This document shows positions 17,872 through 27,500 of a stretch of 64,000 nt of DNA, in pieces (position 1 is the first letter of the stretch; every line of letters starts with the position of its first letter). The stretch is from an uncultured bacterium (GTDB lineage: Bacteria > Fidelibacterota > Marinisomatia > SCGC-AAA003-L08 > JACNLC01). The notes beneath the pieces are model-generated. The model saw nothing but the letters and a program-made list of their open reading frames with translations. It was not told the origin of the DNA and searched no databases. Location: positions 1,610 through 65,609 of the forward strand of contig CAZGNZ010000017.1 in NCBI GenBank assembly GCA_964527215.1, given 5' to 3'. The translations under genes and the position numbers were made by a program.

Positions 17872-20800
17872 AATACCTTCCCTGAACCCTCTGGAATCAG
17901 ATGGGATGAATAATCAGGAGGACAGGCCGGGAAACTGATACTGACTGTTGTGCCCTGGTTTTTTTTACTGCTGATATATATAGAACCACCGAATTCACGA
18001 ACAATACTGTGAGAAATGGACAGACCCAATCCTGTTCCGACACCCACTTCTTTGGTGGTGAAAAAGGGTTCCATGCATTTCTGTTTTTCTTCCGGGTTCA
18101 TTCCAATTCCATTGTCAACCACTTTTATGGTCACATAATTTGTGAATGAATTTTCAATCGTTGTCAAACAGATTTTCATTTCCGCTCGGTTCGTATCCCG
18201 GCTTTCCACAGCGTACCGGGCATTGGACATGAGGTTTACAATCACCTGTTCCAGTTTCTGAGGATCTATCAAAATCTGAGGGAGGTTGTCTGCCAGTGAC
18301 AGCTCAAGCTGGATTCCGTGCGCCCGAAACTGTTCCTTGAAAAAAATGAGGGTCTGATTGAGAAGGAAATTTACATCGCAGGGATCGGCGGGCTGTCCCT
18401 CTTTCCGGGAAAAACTGCGCATTACACTGATAATTTTTGCAGCCCGGTCCACCTGATCCATAATTTTATCAAAATCCTTCAGTTGAGCCGGACTCATCAA
18501 ATTTCGGTTTTTACTTTGCAGGCGCAGCAGTTCTGCCTGCATTCGAATGATAGACAGGGGCTGATTGAGTTCATGGGCAACACCGGCAGCCATTTCACCC
18601 AGAGCCACCAGCCGTCCGCTGTGGACCAGCTGAGCCTGATGTTCTTTCAGTTTTTTCTGTATCTCTTTCGCCTCTGTAATATCCATCAGGAAGGAGCGAA
18701 TTTCGGCATGATCGGATTCGACATCCGGATAATATCGGGTTAATTCATAAATCCAGAAAATCCGGTCGTGATGCTGAATCCGGTATTCCTGTTCAAGCAC
18801 TCCCTGGGGCTTTGAAAGATATTCCTTCAGTTTACCCTGGACCTCCGCGGAGTCATCAGGGAATACAAGTTCGCGCAGATCCAGGCCGCCTTCAAGAAAT
18901 GCATTGCGTTCAAGTTCAAGCTGAGTAATATTCGGGGACACGTACCTCAAATGAGCCTGATCAGGCGGATTCCAGTCCCACTGGAATACAATGATAGGTC
19001 CTTCAATGAATAAATCCCGTTCTCTCTCCAATTCCCTGTTGATTACATCCAGTTCTTCCGTCCGCTTCTGTACCAGATTTTTCAGATTCTGCTTTTGCCG
19101 GTTGATATACCGGGTGCGGAAATTAATGCTGCCAAGGATTATCAGAATCACTGCCAGGACCAGAAAAATTCTGAACGGTGCGGTTCTCCAGATCGGCGGG
19201 TGTATCAGCACATTCAGCATAATCCCCTCATCGTTCCAGACACCGTCGTCATTGGAGGCCTTCACTCGAAATGTGTAGCTTCCTCCGGGCAGACTGGTAT
19301 ATGTGGCAATACGCCTGTTCCCGACGTAATTCCAATCCTTTTCAAACCCTTCCAGGTAGTAGGCATACAGGTTTCTTTCAGGCTGATTAAAAGACAGTGC
19401 CGAAAACTCAAATGAAATCACGTAGTCATCATAATTCAGTTCAATTGTATCCGTATGAAGGATTGATTTATGCAGGATTTCCCTGCCGTCATCCATTTCC
19501 CCAATGGGGACCGGCTGATTAAACAGGCTGAATCCCGTGATTTTAACAGGCGGGCTGAACGGATTCAGCGTCACATCAAGCGGGTTGAAAGCATTGAGTC
19601 CGTTAATCCCGCCAAAATAGAATGTACCGCTGTCTCCTCTGTGATACGCACCGGCGTTGAACTCGTTGCTCTGCAGCCCATCTGATTTATTGAAATACCT
19701 GAACTGTCCGTCATCGGGATTCATTCGGCAGAGACCGTTGTTGGTACTCATCCACAAACATCCGCTGTCATCGCGAATTGTACCATAGACAACATCGCTG
19801 GGAAGCCCGGAAAAGGTTGTATAGGTATCAAATATTCCGCTGATGGGGTCCAGCCGGATCAGCCCTCCGCCATACGTGCCAATCCACAGCATCGTACCGT
19901 CATTGTAGAGGGAAAGAACATCATGACTGCGTTCTGCACGGAGATATTTTCGCTGAAAGTTATGGTGTATCAAATGGCCCGGCTGTTCGGGAGTCATTTC
20001 AAAAACCCCACGGCTGTTGGTGCCGATCCAATAATGTCCGTTCTGATCCTGGGTCATGCAGGTGACGCCATATTTCAGCGGGGAATCAGCTGTTCCCGGA
20101 TCGGAGGGATAATTCCACCAAAGCCCGGCCTCGGGCTGGTAACGCGAGATACCCCTTCCTGTGGACATCCACAAGGTGTTTTCATTATCCTCAAAAATAT
20201 GATACACGCTGTTATCCAGAAGACTGTTTGGATTTTTCGGCTGATGGAAAAAACGCTGAAATGAATCCGTCTCGGGCTGATACCGATTTAAACCGTTGTC
20301 AGTTGCAACCCATATGGATTGGTCACGACTCTGGTAAATAAACCAGATTACATCAGAACTGACGGTGGTGGAATCCTCCGGAATATGGGTTTTGGTTTTA
20401 AACTCATCCGTACCAGATTCCAGAATATTGATACCGCCGAAAGTGCCGACCCAAAGCGACCCGTCTGACATCTCAAACATGGTGTAAACATGCTTGTCAG
20501 TAAGCAGATCGGGATTTCGAGGTGTGTTGTGAAATACCTTGAATTTTCGGGCGTGGGGGGCATAATAGCTGAGACCGGATCCAATTGTTCCAAACCAGAC
20601 AATTCCCTCTGCATCTTCAAAAATGGTCAGTATGACATCCCCGCAGATGGTGGAACCATCGTAGGGATCATGAAAAAAACGCGTGAAGGTTCCCTGCTCC
20701 CGGTTCAGGATATTCAGACCGTCGGAGGTCGCTATCCAGAATATTCCCCTGCTGTCTTCAAAGAAATTATAAACATAATTACAGCTCAGCGATGTCTCAT

Positions 20801-21599
20801 CACCGGGATCATTCAGATAACTCTGAAATCCATCCGTCTCAGGCAGATAGCGGCTGATTCCCCCATTTTCAGTGCCAATCCAGAGATTCTTCTGACGATC
20901 AGAATACACACAATAGATGGAATTATCCTGAACAGCATTGGGGTTTCCCGGGTCTGCCGGGTAATGGATGAATGTACTGTCAACAGGATTGAACCGGTCC
21001 AGCCCATTACTGGTCCCGATCCACAGGTTTCCGGCAGAATCAAAACTCAGGGTTGTGACAAGGTCTGAAATCAGGCTGCCCGGATCATCATCCCGGTGCC
21101 GGAATCTTCGAGCGGTGTTCCGATTGGTGTCAAGACATGCAAGACCGCCGTCAACAGAAGCAATCCACAGTGTACCGTCTTCATCCTCCGCCATCCACCA
21201 GATCGATTTTCCGGTTTGTCCCTGGAGACTGTCGGAATCGCTGGAATACCGGATGAATGACTCCCTTTCAGGATCATATCGGTTCATCCCTCCCCATTGA
21301 GTTCCCAGCCACATGCGGGATTTTCGGTCCATAAAGATATGAAACACAGACAGATGACTGAGTGTTGTTGAATCGCCGTATTCCGGCGTAAACACTTTGA
21401 ACTGCTGACCGTCATAGCGGTTGAGACCTTCCTCTGTTCCAAACCAGAGAAAGCCGCTGGAATCTTGATTTATGGCGTAAATGGTATTCTGGGAAAGGCC
21501 GTCATCAATATTGACATGTTTAAATTCAATATCCCTGTATTGCCCGGCAGCAACAGATAACAAGCAAAATATGAGCCCAATTCCAAACGTCTTATTCAT
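17868..21599 (-). CDS. Sensor histidine kinase HK3 with a periplasmic two-component-regulator beta-propeller plus Y_Y_Y domain
   Basis: It has a signal peptide and many repeats of the type WIGT..GL.R(Y/F). These are followed by a Y_Y_Y-like segment (YAYYLEGFEKDWNYVG...YTFRVKASN), one TM helix, a PAS-like domain, the H-box LGEMAAGVAHELNQPL and an HATPase domain. It lacks the REC and AraC outputs of classical Bacteroidetes HTCS proteins. Confidence 0.9.
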   Translation of the reverse strand: MNKTFGIGLIFCLLSVAAGQYRDIEFKHVNIDDGLSQNTIYAINQDSSGFLWFGTEEGLNRYDGQQFKVFTPEYGDSTTLSHLSVFHIFMDRKSRMWLGTQWGGMNRYDPERESFIRYSSDSDSLQGQTGKSIWWMAEDEDGTLWIASVDGGLACLDTNRNTARRFRHRDDDPGSLISDLVTTLSFDSAGNLWIGTSNGLDRFNPVDSTFIHYPADPGNPNAVQDNSIYCVYSDRQKNLWIGTENGGISRYLPETDGFQSYLNDPGDETSLSCNYVYNFFEDSRGIFWIATSDGLNILNREQGTFTRFFHDPYDGSTICGDVILTIFEDAEGIVWFGTIGSGLSYYAPHARKFKVFHNTPRNPDLLTDKHVYTMFEMSDGSLWVGTFGGINILESGTDEFKTKTHIPEDSTTVSSDVIWFIYQSRDQSIWVATDNGLNRYQPETDSFQRFFHQPKNPNSLLDNSVYHIFEDNENTLWMSTGRGISRYQPEAGLWWNYPSDPGTADSPLKYGVTCMTQDQNGHYWIGTNSRGVFEMTPEQPGHLIHHNFQRKYLRAERSHDVLSLYNDGTMLWIGTYGGGLIRLDPISGIFDTYTTFSGLPSDVVYGTIRDDSGCLWMSTNNGLCRMNPDDGQFRYFNKSDGLQSNEFNAGAYHRGDSGTFYFGGINGLNAFNPLDVTLNPFSPPVKITGFSLFNQPVPIGEMDDGREILHKSILHTDTIELNYDDYVISFEFSALSFNQPERNLYAYYLEGFEKDWNYVGNRRIATYTSLPGGSYTFRVKASNDDGVWNDEGIMLNVLIHPPIWRTAPFRIFLVLAVILIILGSINFRTRYINRQKQNLKNLVQKRTEELDVINRELERERDLFIEGPIIVFQWDWNPPDQAHLRYVSPNITQLELERNAFLEGGLDLRELVFPDDSAEVQGKLKEYLSKPQGVLEQEYRIQHHDRIFWIYELTRYYPDVESDHAEIRSFLMDITEAKEIQKKLKEHQAQLVHSGRLVALGEMAAGVAHELNQPLSIIRMQAELLRLQSKNRNLMSPAQLKDFDKIMDQVDRAAKIISVMRSFSRKEGQPADPCDVNFLLNQTLIFFKEQFRAHGIQLELSLADNLPQILIDPQKLEQVIVNLMSNARYAVESRDTNRAEMKICLTTIENSFTNYVTIKVVDNGIGMNPEEKQKCMEPFFTTKEVGVGTGLGLSISHSIVREFGGSIYISSKKNQGTTVSISFPACPPDYSSHLIPEGSGKVL

Positions 21600-21809
21600 A
21601 AACAGGCAATTATAAAATCAAAAACTGCAGAACCTACATACTGCACTGCAGCAGGAAATCAGCGTGTAAAAACAGTGACGATGTATTATGGATTAAGGGG
21701 GGAGCCTAATTTAACGGTATTCGATTTATTAAAACCACAAGAAGATTTCTCGAACCTGAAATCCGCACATTCGGCCGCAGCGTTTATAAATCAGCCGACC
21801 CATTGCTGC

Positions 21810-21948
21810 CCCGCATATTTCTCGAAAATATGCATGCGTAAAATGCTTCGCATATTCCGGACGATAGTATATCTGGTCGATTCTGTTTCAATTACGCTCG
21901 ATATCTGTTCTCATTTTACTGTCCGTACAATGTCGATGAATTTCCCTG
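21810..21948 (+). mobile_element. MITE-like element, variant copy D (boundaries approximate)
   Basis: It aligns to the reverse complement of copy C (CATGCGTAAAATGCTTCGCAT...CAATTACGCTCGATAT). The terminal motifs are degenerate. CTGC is present on both flanks (21806-21809 and 21949-21952). Confidence 0.6.
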
Positions 21949-22075
21949 CTGCAGGAAAAGAACCAGAGTAATACGTGCTGCAGATCAATTTTATCTCGAT
22001 TGAATCCGTCAGTGGGCGGATTTTTAATCCGTCTCCTGACGGACAAGTGTAACTGGGTGCATTCCCCGCCGCTTG

Positions 22076-22171
22076 TTTGAAATCCGCCATTTGGCGTGGC
22101 GGCGAAATAAAAAATGATTATATCACTAATGATACCCCGTCCCGTCGGCTGACGGGCGGGGAAATTCATTA
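22076..22171 (+). repeat. Short intergenic repeat family E, copy 1
   Basis: AAATCCGCCATTTGGCGTGGCGGCGAAAT...CCGTCCCGTCGGCTGACGGGCGGGGAAATTCATTA is shared with 31341-31436. It contains two GC-rich hairpins. Confidence 0.8.
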
Positions 22172-22265
22172 TTTCTATGTGTGAGATTCAGTAAACCATT
22201 GTTGAAATCCGTCTGTGATCGAGAGCGGATCAGGTGTATTTTGGACAGACTGGTGTGATCCGGTT

Positions 22266-25200
22266 TCAGCTGCTTTCCGGAATGGGTATTTTGAGCTGTA
22301 CCGAAGTACCGGACATGGGTTTACTTTTAATTTTCAGGCTGCCGTTAAAATCAGCCATGAGGTTTTGAACAATTGTAAGTCCCAAACCGGTACCTTTGGA
22401 TTGGCTTTTGGTTGTAAAAAAGGAATCCCGGCAGTGTTTGAGTTCATTTTCATCCATGCCAATCCCATTATCTGAAATTTCAAGATAGCTGCAGCGGGAT
22501 TCAGGATCAAAGCGTGCAATAATTTCAATTTCCATCTGATAGCTTTTTTCAGCCACGCTTTTTCGCTGTTCCACTGCATGCCGGGCGTTGGAGAGGAAAT
22601 TCACGACGATCTGCTCAAACCGGACAGGGTTGACGGGAATCAGCGGAATGTCATTTGGAAGACTTGTTTTGAAAATAATGCCGTGATTGCGGAACTGTTC
22701 ACGGAAAAACATCAGGCTGTCGCGAATAGGAAAGACGATATTGATCGGATCCTGATGTTCAGCTGCCATGGTTGAAAAAGTACGGGCATGTTCCATGATC
22801 TCCTGTGCCCGGTCAGCCTGTTTCATAATGTTCTGGCAGGTTTCCAGTATGTCCGTTTTCGGCGGAATATTTTTGTTCAGATTTAATTTCAGACATTCCG
22901 CCTCTCCACGGACAATTGAGAGAGGCTGATTCAGTTCGTGGGCAATCCCTGCTGCCATTTCACCCAGCAGCGCCAGTCTTCCGGTATGAGCCAGTTTGGT
23001 TTCCTGCTTCTGGAGCTCCATTTGGGCATACTTCAGTTCCGAAACATCCATGAAAAAACTGTTAAACACCTGAGCATCAGACTGCTGGGCGTCTTCGTGG
23101 ATACGAACCTGAAAATATATCCAGCGCTCATCGGAGTTGGGAAGAATCACTTTCACTTCATTTTCCAGCACTGACAGCTGACCCTCCTGCAGTTCACGGA
23201 TGCCATTTTTCAGACGTTCATAGTCTTCCGGAAACAGCAGGGTGTCATAGGAGAATTTTGCCTGCAGCACATCTTCCGGCATTACACCAAACTGAAAAAT
23301 GTTGGGGGAGGCATAGGTGGCTTTCACCGGCTTGCCGGGCTTCAGCTCCCAGTTGATCACCGCAACCGGTCCGGTAAGAAATAAATCCCGTTCAGCTTCA
23401 ATGAGTTTCTTTGATTCATTCAGCTCAGCGGTACGCTGCATCACCATTTCTTCCAGCTGCTGCTTATACCGCTGCAGTTCCTCCTCTGCACGTTTCTGAG
23501 CAGTCACATTTCGGGAAATGCCGACCATCCCCTGAATTTGACCCTTCCTGTCTCTGACCGGGACTTTGGTTGCCGTAACCCACAAATCATGATTTCTGGG
23601 ACCCTTCAGTTTCTCAAGCTTGTTGATTACGGGTCTTCCGGTCCTAAACAGCTCCAGTTCATCAGTAAGCATCGCCTCAGCCGTCTGGTTTTCAAAAAAA
23701 TCAAAATCAGACTTGCCGACAGCCTCCAGCGGTGATTTCACTCCAAGAACCCGTGCCTGCGCGTTGTTGATCAGTGTAAACCGGCTGTATTTGTCTTTAA
23801 AATATATAGTATCCGGTATGTTTTCCATCAAGGCATCCAGCAGTCCCCTGGCGGATGTCTCTTCCTGCTCCGGCGTCAGCAAATACACAACCACCGCAGC
23901 ATTGATAACGGTTGATTTATCATTGGCTGCCGGCTGAAACCGGCATTCCAGACGTCCGATGAATTCCGATTCGGCAGGCAGCGGAACCAGTACCCTGGAT
24001 GATTCACCTTCAAAGCAGCGTTTCAGGTGCTGCAGCCAGAAGGACTGATAATCCTGAGTGATAAAATCAAGCAGATGATGTCCTTCCACCGGACTTTTGG
24101 AAAACAGATCGTAACCGAAAGGCTGCTGAGCAGACAGCATCTTGATCTGATATTCGTCATCCAGCAATAAAAACATCAGATTGAAATTTTCCAGGACATC
24201 GCCAAGGATTTTCTGCCAAAACTGAGACTGGCCTTCCGGTGATATCTGAACTTCTCTTGCAATGCCCATAATTCCCGCCGGCTGATTATTTTCATAAATA
24301 ATCGTACTCCAGATTTCCACAAGAATGGACCTTTTGCTCCCGGTGATCATTCGATACTGCTCCACCCGGGTCTGAAAACCGGTCTGCCGTATTTGAGTCA
24401 GCATCACCAGCGAACGGGATAGATCAGATGGATGTATCAAATCCCGATAGCTGAGTTTTTTGAACTTTTCACCGTCATATTCAAACAGTGCCTGTGCAGC
24501 AGGATTGGCATCCACGAAGTTACCGTCAAGATCATGGATAAACAGGGGAGTCGGGGTGTTTTCAAACAGATTTTGGTGATTTTGGCTTTTTGCCTGGAGA
24601 TTTTTCCGAATAAACTGGCGGTCGGTTGCATCCTGAAAAGAGATCAGCAGCAGCGGTTCGCCGTCAATAATCACTGATCTGGCGGTCAGCTCCATGGGAA
24701 TGTCTTCTCCCTGTCCGGTTTTCAACACCCAGTTGAAAACGTGCTGCTCTTTTTTTCTGGCCACCCCAAGCTGTTTCTGTAAGTTGCGGGAGTCATCATC
24801 ATTCTGAATGAACTGCAATGGAGTCAGGTCTGATATTTTCTGATGAATCAAATCCTGGCAATCCTGGAACCCCAGTCTGCTGACAGCAGCAGGATTGCAT
24901 TCAATAATACTGTCTCCTTCCAGAAGCAGCATCGGGCGATCTGACTGATTAAAAATCTGTCTGTATTTATCTTCGGCTTTTTGAAGCTTGTTTTCCTGAA
25001 TCCGTTTACTGAGACAGCCGGAAATGCTTTCATGCAGCATTTCAAAGGAAACGGGTTTTCTAAAATAGTTCGATGCTCCCAGCCGGACGGCTTGAATAGC
25101 GGTATCGATATCTCCATGGCCGGTGACAACAATGGTCTGAAGGCTGGGCTGAATTTCCTTAGCCTTGCGGATCAGTTCAATTCCATCCATTCCCGGCATG

Positions 25201-25379
25201 CGGATATCCGCCACCATTACATCATACTGCTGTTTCCGAAGACATTCAAGGGCATCGGAACCGGAATGCGCCATGTCAATCTGGTAATTGCCGGAATAGT
25301 GCAGCAATCCTTTCTTTACCAGTCCGCACAGACTGACTTCATCATCGGTTAAAAGTACATGAGCTGAATCGTGGATCAT
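22266..25379 (-). CDS. Hybrid sensor histidine kinase HK4 (N-terminal REC, several PAS, HisKA-HATPase)
   Basis: The REC domain has DVMVADIRMPGMDG...TGHGD...KP. The H-box is LGEMAAGIAHELNQPL, with NFLSNARHAV, DNGIGM and GTGLGLTIV. Confidence 0.9.
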   Translation of the reverse strand: MIHDSAHVLLTDDEVSLCGLVKKGLLHYSGNYQIDMAHSGSDALECLRKQQYDVMVADIRMPGMDGIELIRKAKEIQPSLQTIVVTGHGDIDTAIQAVRLGASNYFRKPVSFEMLHESISGCLSKRIQENKLQKAEDKYRQIFNQSDRPMLLLEGDSIIECNPAAVSRLGFQDCQDLIHQKISDLTPLQFIQNDDDSRNLQKQLGVARKKEQHVFNWVLKTGQGEDIPMELTARSVIIDGEPLLLISFQDATDRQFIRKNLQAKSQNHQNLFENTPTPLFIHDLDGNFVDANPAAQALFEYDGEKFKKLSYRDLIHPSDLSRSLVMLTQIRQTGFQTRVEQYRMITGSKRSILVEIWSTIIYENNQPAGIMGIAREVQISPEGQSQFWQKILGDVLENFNLMFLLLDDEYQIKMLSAQQPFGYDLFSKSPVEGHHLLDFITQDYQSFWLQHLKRCFEGESSRVLVPLPAESEFIGRLECRFQPAANDKSTVINAAVVVYLLTPEQEETSARGLLDALMENIPDTIYFKDKYSRFTLINNAQARVLGVKSPLEAVGKSDFDFFENQTAEAMLTDELELFRTGRPVINKLEKLKGPRNHDLWVTATKVPVRDRKGQIQGMVGISRNVTAQKRAEEELQRYKQQLEEMVMQRTAELNESKKLIEAERDLFLTGPVAVINWELKPGKPVKATYASPNIFQFGVMPEDVLQAKFSYDTLLFPEDYERLKNGIRELQEGQLSVLENEVKVILPNSDERWIYFQVRIHEDAQQSDAQVFNSFFMDVSELKYAQMELQKQETKLAHTGRLALLGEMAAGIAHELNQPLSIVRGEAECLKLNLNKNIPPKTDILETCQNIMKQADRAQEIMEHARTFSTMAAEHQDPINIVFPIRDSLMFFREQFRNHGIIFKTSLPNDIPLIPVNPVRFEQIVVNFLSNARHAVEQRKSVAEKSYQMEIEIIARFDPESRCSYLEISDNGIGMDENELKHCRDSFFTTKSQSKGTGLGLTIVQNLMADFNGSLKIKSKPMSGTSVQLKIPIPESS

Positions 25380-25477
25380 AATAAGATATTCGGACTATTG
25401 ACGTATTTGCATGACTGGAGGCGGTCGGTTTTCGCAGATGCTGTTCAATCCAATTCAATAAAAGTCGGCGTGAACCA

Positions 25478-26449
25478 TCAGATCACTCCAACCACCTTAC
25501 CGACAAAGAACACATACAGGATGACCAGCAACCAGCCTTCCCATTGGGTAATCTGCTTATCCTGGGTGATGAAAAGGTACAAAACCGTGGCAATAATCAT
25601 TGTAGGCAGACCGAAAGTGAGAATGGAGCTTGATATGATCAGAGGACCAATTAATGCCGGCACACCCATCACGGCGCATGAATTAAAAATATTGGATCCC
25701 AGTACGTTGCCCACTGCGATCTCAGATTTGCCCTTTCGCGCTGCCTGCATGCTCACCACCAGTTCAGGCAGGGAAGTTCCCAAAGCCATCACCGTAATCG
25801 CAATGATTTCCTTTCCTACATTGAGAAGTTCTGACAGTTCAATGATGGCCTTGATGGTCCATTCAGCGCTAAAATAGATCACGACAGAAGATCCAATCAG
25901 CATAAGGATGTTTTTCAACTCCAGTTTCTGATTGGTTTTCAAATCCTTTTCCAGGTCTTTGATTACATCGGTTTCGTCGTGTGCTTCTTCCTGTTTTATC
26001 GTATATAAAAAATAAATTACCAGCATGATCAGCAGCAGCAGGGCTTCCGGGATTGTCACCGTACCGTCCCAGATGATGAGTCCCAGCAGAAAAGCTGTGC
26101 CGATAAACAGGGGCAGATCCACATTAATCAATTCAAAACTGATCCTGATTTTCTTTCCAACGATGGCTGTCACCCCAAGCACCAGAAAAATATTGGTAAT
26201 ATTCGACCCAATCACATTGCCTGCAACCACTTCAGATGAGTTCTGGCTGACCGCAAAAAGGGAAGATATCAGTTCAGGGAGGGAGGTTCCGATGGATACG
26301 ATGGTGACCCCGACAACAAACGGCGGGATTCCAAGTACAATTCCGATTTTTTCAGCAGCAATGGTAAAATAATCAGACGCTTTGATTAAAAATGTCAGGC
26401 TGATAATGAATATTATTGACCACAGAAATATTGGACCCATGTTGTTCAC
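25478..26449 (-). CDS. CaCA-family Na+/Ca2+ (K+-dependent type) exchanger
   Basis: It has two alpha-repeats (IGTSLPELISS and LGTSLPELVVS) and about 10 TM segments. Confidence 0.85.
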   Translation of the reverse strand: MNNMGPIFLWSIIFIISLTFLIKASDYFTIAAEKIGIVLGIPPFVVGVTIVSIGTSLPELISSLFAVSQNSSEVVAGNVIGSNITNIFLVLGVTAIVGKKIRISFELINVDLPLFIGTAFLLGLIIWDGTVTIPEALLLLIMLVIYFLYTIKQEEAHDETDVIKDLEKDLKTNQKLELKNILMLIGSSVVIYFSAEWTIKAIIELSELLNVGKEIIAITVMALGTSLPELVVSMQAARKGKSEIAVGNVLGSNIFNSCAVMGVPALIGPLIISSSILTFGLPTMIIATVLYLFITQDKQITQWEGWLLVILYVFFVGKVVGVI

Positions 26450-26562
26450 TTGTTATTTTGATTTGATGAGAGGATGCCCGATTTGATAGCATTATTTTAC
26501 GGATATTTATGGAATACGTGAAAGGAGAAACAGAACTTCGGATTGGACCTGAAAACGGGTCG

Positions 26563-27453
26563 TCAGTTGGGCGGCTGTTTCCGTGCTGAGCGCTTGCTGG
26601 CATCAAACAGGATATCCTGTTCCGAATGACTTAAGCCATCCCAACCCACCTTTTTCATCTTATCCAGCACATCATCCACCCTGCGCTTAAGCAAAGTCGT
26701 GTCGATATTTGCACCCGAACGTGGCTTGTCCCGGGAAGGGACTTTGGGAGTTCCAACTGGAATCTTCCTGGTTTTCTTTTTCAATCTGATCTTTGTCAGC
26801 CTCAGCAGATAAATATATCCGATTGCCATTCCGGAGAGATGGGTCAGGTGACTGACTGGTGATTCACCGGGTGAGAGAGTGGCGAAAAAGCTGACAGCTG
26901 CCAAAATTCCGATAAAATATTTCACTTTCAACGGCAGGACGGCCATCACCAGAACAATTTTGTTTGGAAAAAGGATTCCGTATGCAAGCAGAATGCCGTA
27001 CACCGCTCCGCTGGCTCCCACCACCGGAATTAAAGAGTTGTAGTTGAATAAAACAGTGATCAGTCCACTGCCCATGCCGGTAATAAAAAAATACTGCAGA
27101 AACCGTTTTTCTCCCCAACGCTTCTCCAAATCCCGGCCAAACATCCAGAATACAAACATATTCATAAACACATGAAGAAAACTGCCGTGCAGAAACAGAT
27201 ATGTAAAGGGCTGCCAAAAGCGAAACTCACGCCAGGAATCTGAAGGAACCAGTCCGAACACCCGGAAAATTTCCATCCGCAGACCGGAAACCTCCACCAA
27301 CAGAAAAACAATAATATTGGTCATTACCAGCATTTTTACTGCTTTCGTTGTTGCAAAGTAGCGTCGGTCAAACCGTACGGACTGGAATCGTTTTTTCATA
27401 GTTCCCTGATCATTTTTGAGAATAGGCAGCCGGTACCGCCTGTATTTTATCAC
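26563..27453 (-). CDS. Rhomboid-family intramembrane serine protease with a basic C-terminal extension
   Basis: It has HGSFLHVFMNMF, the GASGAVYG motif (catalytic Ser) and HLSGMAIG (catalytic His). Confidence 0.85.
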   Translation of the reverse strand: MIKYRRYRLPILKNDQGTMKKRFQSVRFDRRYFATTKAVKMLVMTNIIVFLLVEVSGLRMEIFRVFGLVPSDSWREFRFWQPFTYLFLHGSFLHVFMNMFVFWMFGRDLEKRWGEKRFLQYFFITGMGSGLITVLFNYNSLIPVVGASGAVYGILLAYGILFPNKIVLVMAVLPLKVKYFIGILAAVSFFATLSPGESPVSHLTHLSGMAIGYIYLLRLTKIRLKKKTRKIPVGTPKVPSRDKPRSGANIDTTLLKRRVDDVLDKMKKVGWDGLSHSEQDILFDASKRSARKQPPN

Positions 27454-27500
27454 CTGAATTCAATCAACTCCAACAGAATCCTGCTGCGGAAACAGTCCTG

